This document shows, piece by piece, positions 33,091 to 34,292 of a stretch of 34,292 nt of DNA (the stretch's first letter is position 1; each line of letters begins with the position of its first letter). A program made the position numbers and the translations under genes. A model generated the notes under the pieces. It worked only from the letters and a program-made list of their open reading frames with translations, was not told the DNA's origin and did not search any database. The stretch is from contig JAUCBJ010001741.1 of assembly GCA_032718475.1 (NCBI GenBank), forward strand, positions 1 through 34,292, written 5' to 3'. This DNA comes from Nemertoderma westbladi (lineage: Eukaryota; Animalia; Xenacoelomorpha).

Positions 33091-34292
33091 AACGAGCAAC
33101 AATGACCAACAGCGAGCAACAATGACCAACAACGAGCAACAACGAGTAACAACGAGTAACAATGAGCAACAATGACCAACAACGAGCAACAATGAGCAAC
33201 AATGATCAACAACGAGCAACAATGACCAACAACGAGTAACAATGATCAACAACGAGCAACAATGAGCAACAATGACTAACAATGATCAACAATGAGCAAC
33301 AATGACCAACAACGTGCAACAATGACCAACAACGAGCAACAATGAGCAACAACGAGCAACAATGAAAGTACAACAACGAGCAACAATGAGCAACAATGAG
33401 CAACAACGAGCAACAATGACCAACAACGAGCAACAATGAGCAACAATGAGCAACAATGAGCAACAACGAGCAACAATGAGCAACAACGAGTAACAATGAG
33501 CAACAATGAGCAACAATGAGCAACAACGAGCAACAGCGAGCAACAACGAGCAACAATGAGCAACAATGAGCAACAACGAGCAACAATGATCAACAACGAG
33601 CAACAATGAGCAACAATGATCAACAATGAGCAACAACGAGCAACAACGAGCAACAATGAGCAACAATGAGCAACAATGATCAACAACGAGCAATAATAAA
33701 GTACAACAACGAGTAATAATGAGCAACAACGAGCAACAATGATCAACAATGAGCAACAATGAGCAACAATGAGCAACAACGAGCAACAACGAGCAACAAC
33801 GAGCAACAACGAGCAACAATGAGCAACAATGAGCAACAATGATCAACAACGAGCAATAATAAAGTACAACAACGAGTAACAACGAGTAACAATGAGCAAC
33901 AATGAGCAACAACGGGCAACAATGAGCAACAATGACCAACAACGAGCAACAATGACCAACAACGAGTAACAATGAACAACAACGAGCAACAATGAGCAAC
34001 AATGACCAACAACGTGCAACAATGACCAACAATGATCAACAATGAGCAACAATGACCAACAACGTGCAACAATGACCAACAACGAGCAACAATGAGCAAC
34101 AATGAGCAACAATGATCAACAACGAGCAATAATAAAGTACAACAACGAGTAACAATGAGCAACAATGACCAACAACGAGTAACAATGATCAACAACGAGC
34201 AACAATGAGCAACAATGACCAACAACGTGCAACAATGACCAACAATGATCAACAATGAGCAACAATGACCAACAACGTGCAACAATGACCAA
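33091..34292. repeat. 10-bp minisatellite AAYGABCAAC, runs off the right edge
   Basis: Head-to-tail aatgagcaac / aacgagcaac / aatgaccaac / aatgatcaac units, with occasional aataaagtacaac interruptions. Confidence 0.97.

Noticed and set aside
33019-34285. Leu/Val/Cys-rich minus-strand ORFs
   Set aside because: They are translations of a 10-bp minisatellite in all three frames.

Overview
Eukaryotic, repeat-rich animal DNA (spliceosomal GT-AG introns); not prokaryotic. From left to right it contains: (1) the 5' portion of a probable minus-strand LTR retrotransposon, with an uninterrupted ORF of more than 803 codons (2411 to beyond position 1; absent from the ORF track because it has no stop in the window), a ~2.25-kb repeat-containing leader, and a 1582-bp TGT...ACA segment (4668-6249) that looks like an LTR; (2) a 13-kb array of a 54/56-bp satellite with kb-scale internal duplications; (3) a decayed, 5'-truncated RTE-type LINE flanked by a ~76-bp direct repeat; (4) a tandem cluster of RFX X-box motifs running into the start codon of (5) a tyrosine decarboxylase-like gene with six identifiable coding exons (group II PLP decarboxylase, NPNKW motif), whose first intron is almost all 39-bp satellite resembling the gene's own exon-2 splice junction; and (6) poly-C and 10-bp minisatellite DNA at the right end. 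The most unusual feature is the putative LTR. Its two ends are ~370-400-bp imperfect inverted repeats and no tRNA primer-binding site is recognisable. Instead, the 12 nt right after the LTR are the exact complement of a 12-mer inside it, and there is a 10+10-bp U5-leader duplex. This is the geometry of Tf1-type self-primed reverse transcription. The pol gene and second LTR lie outside the window, so the element class is inferred.
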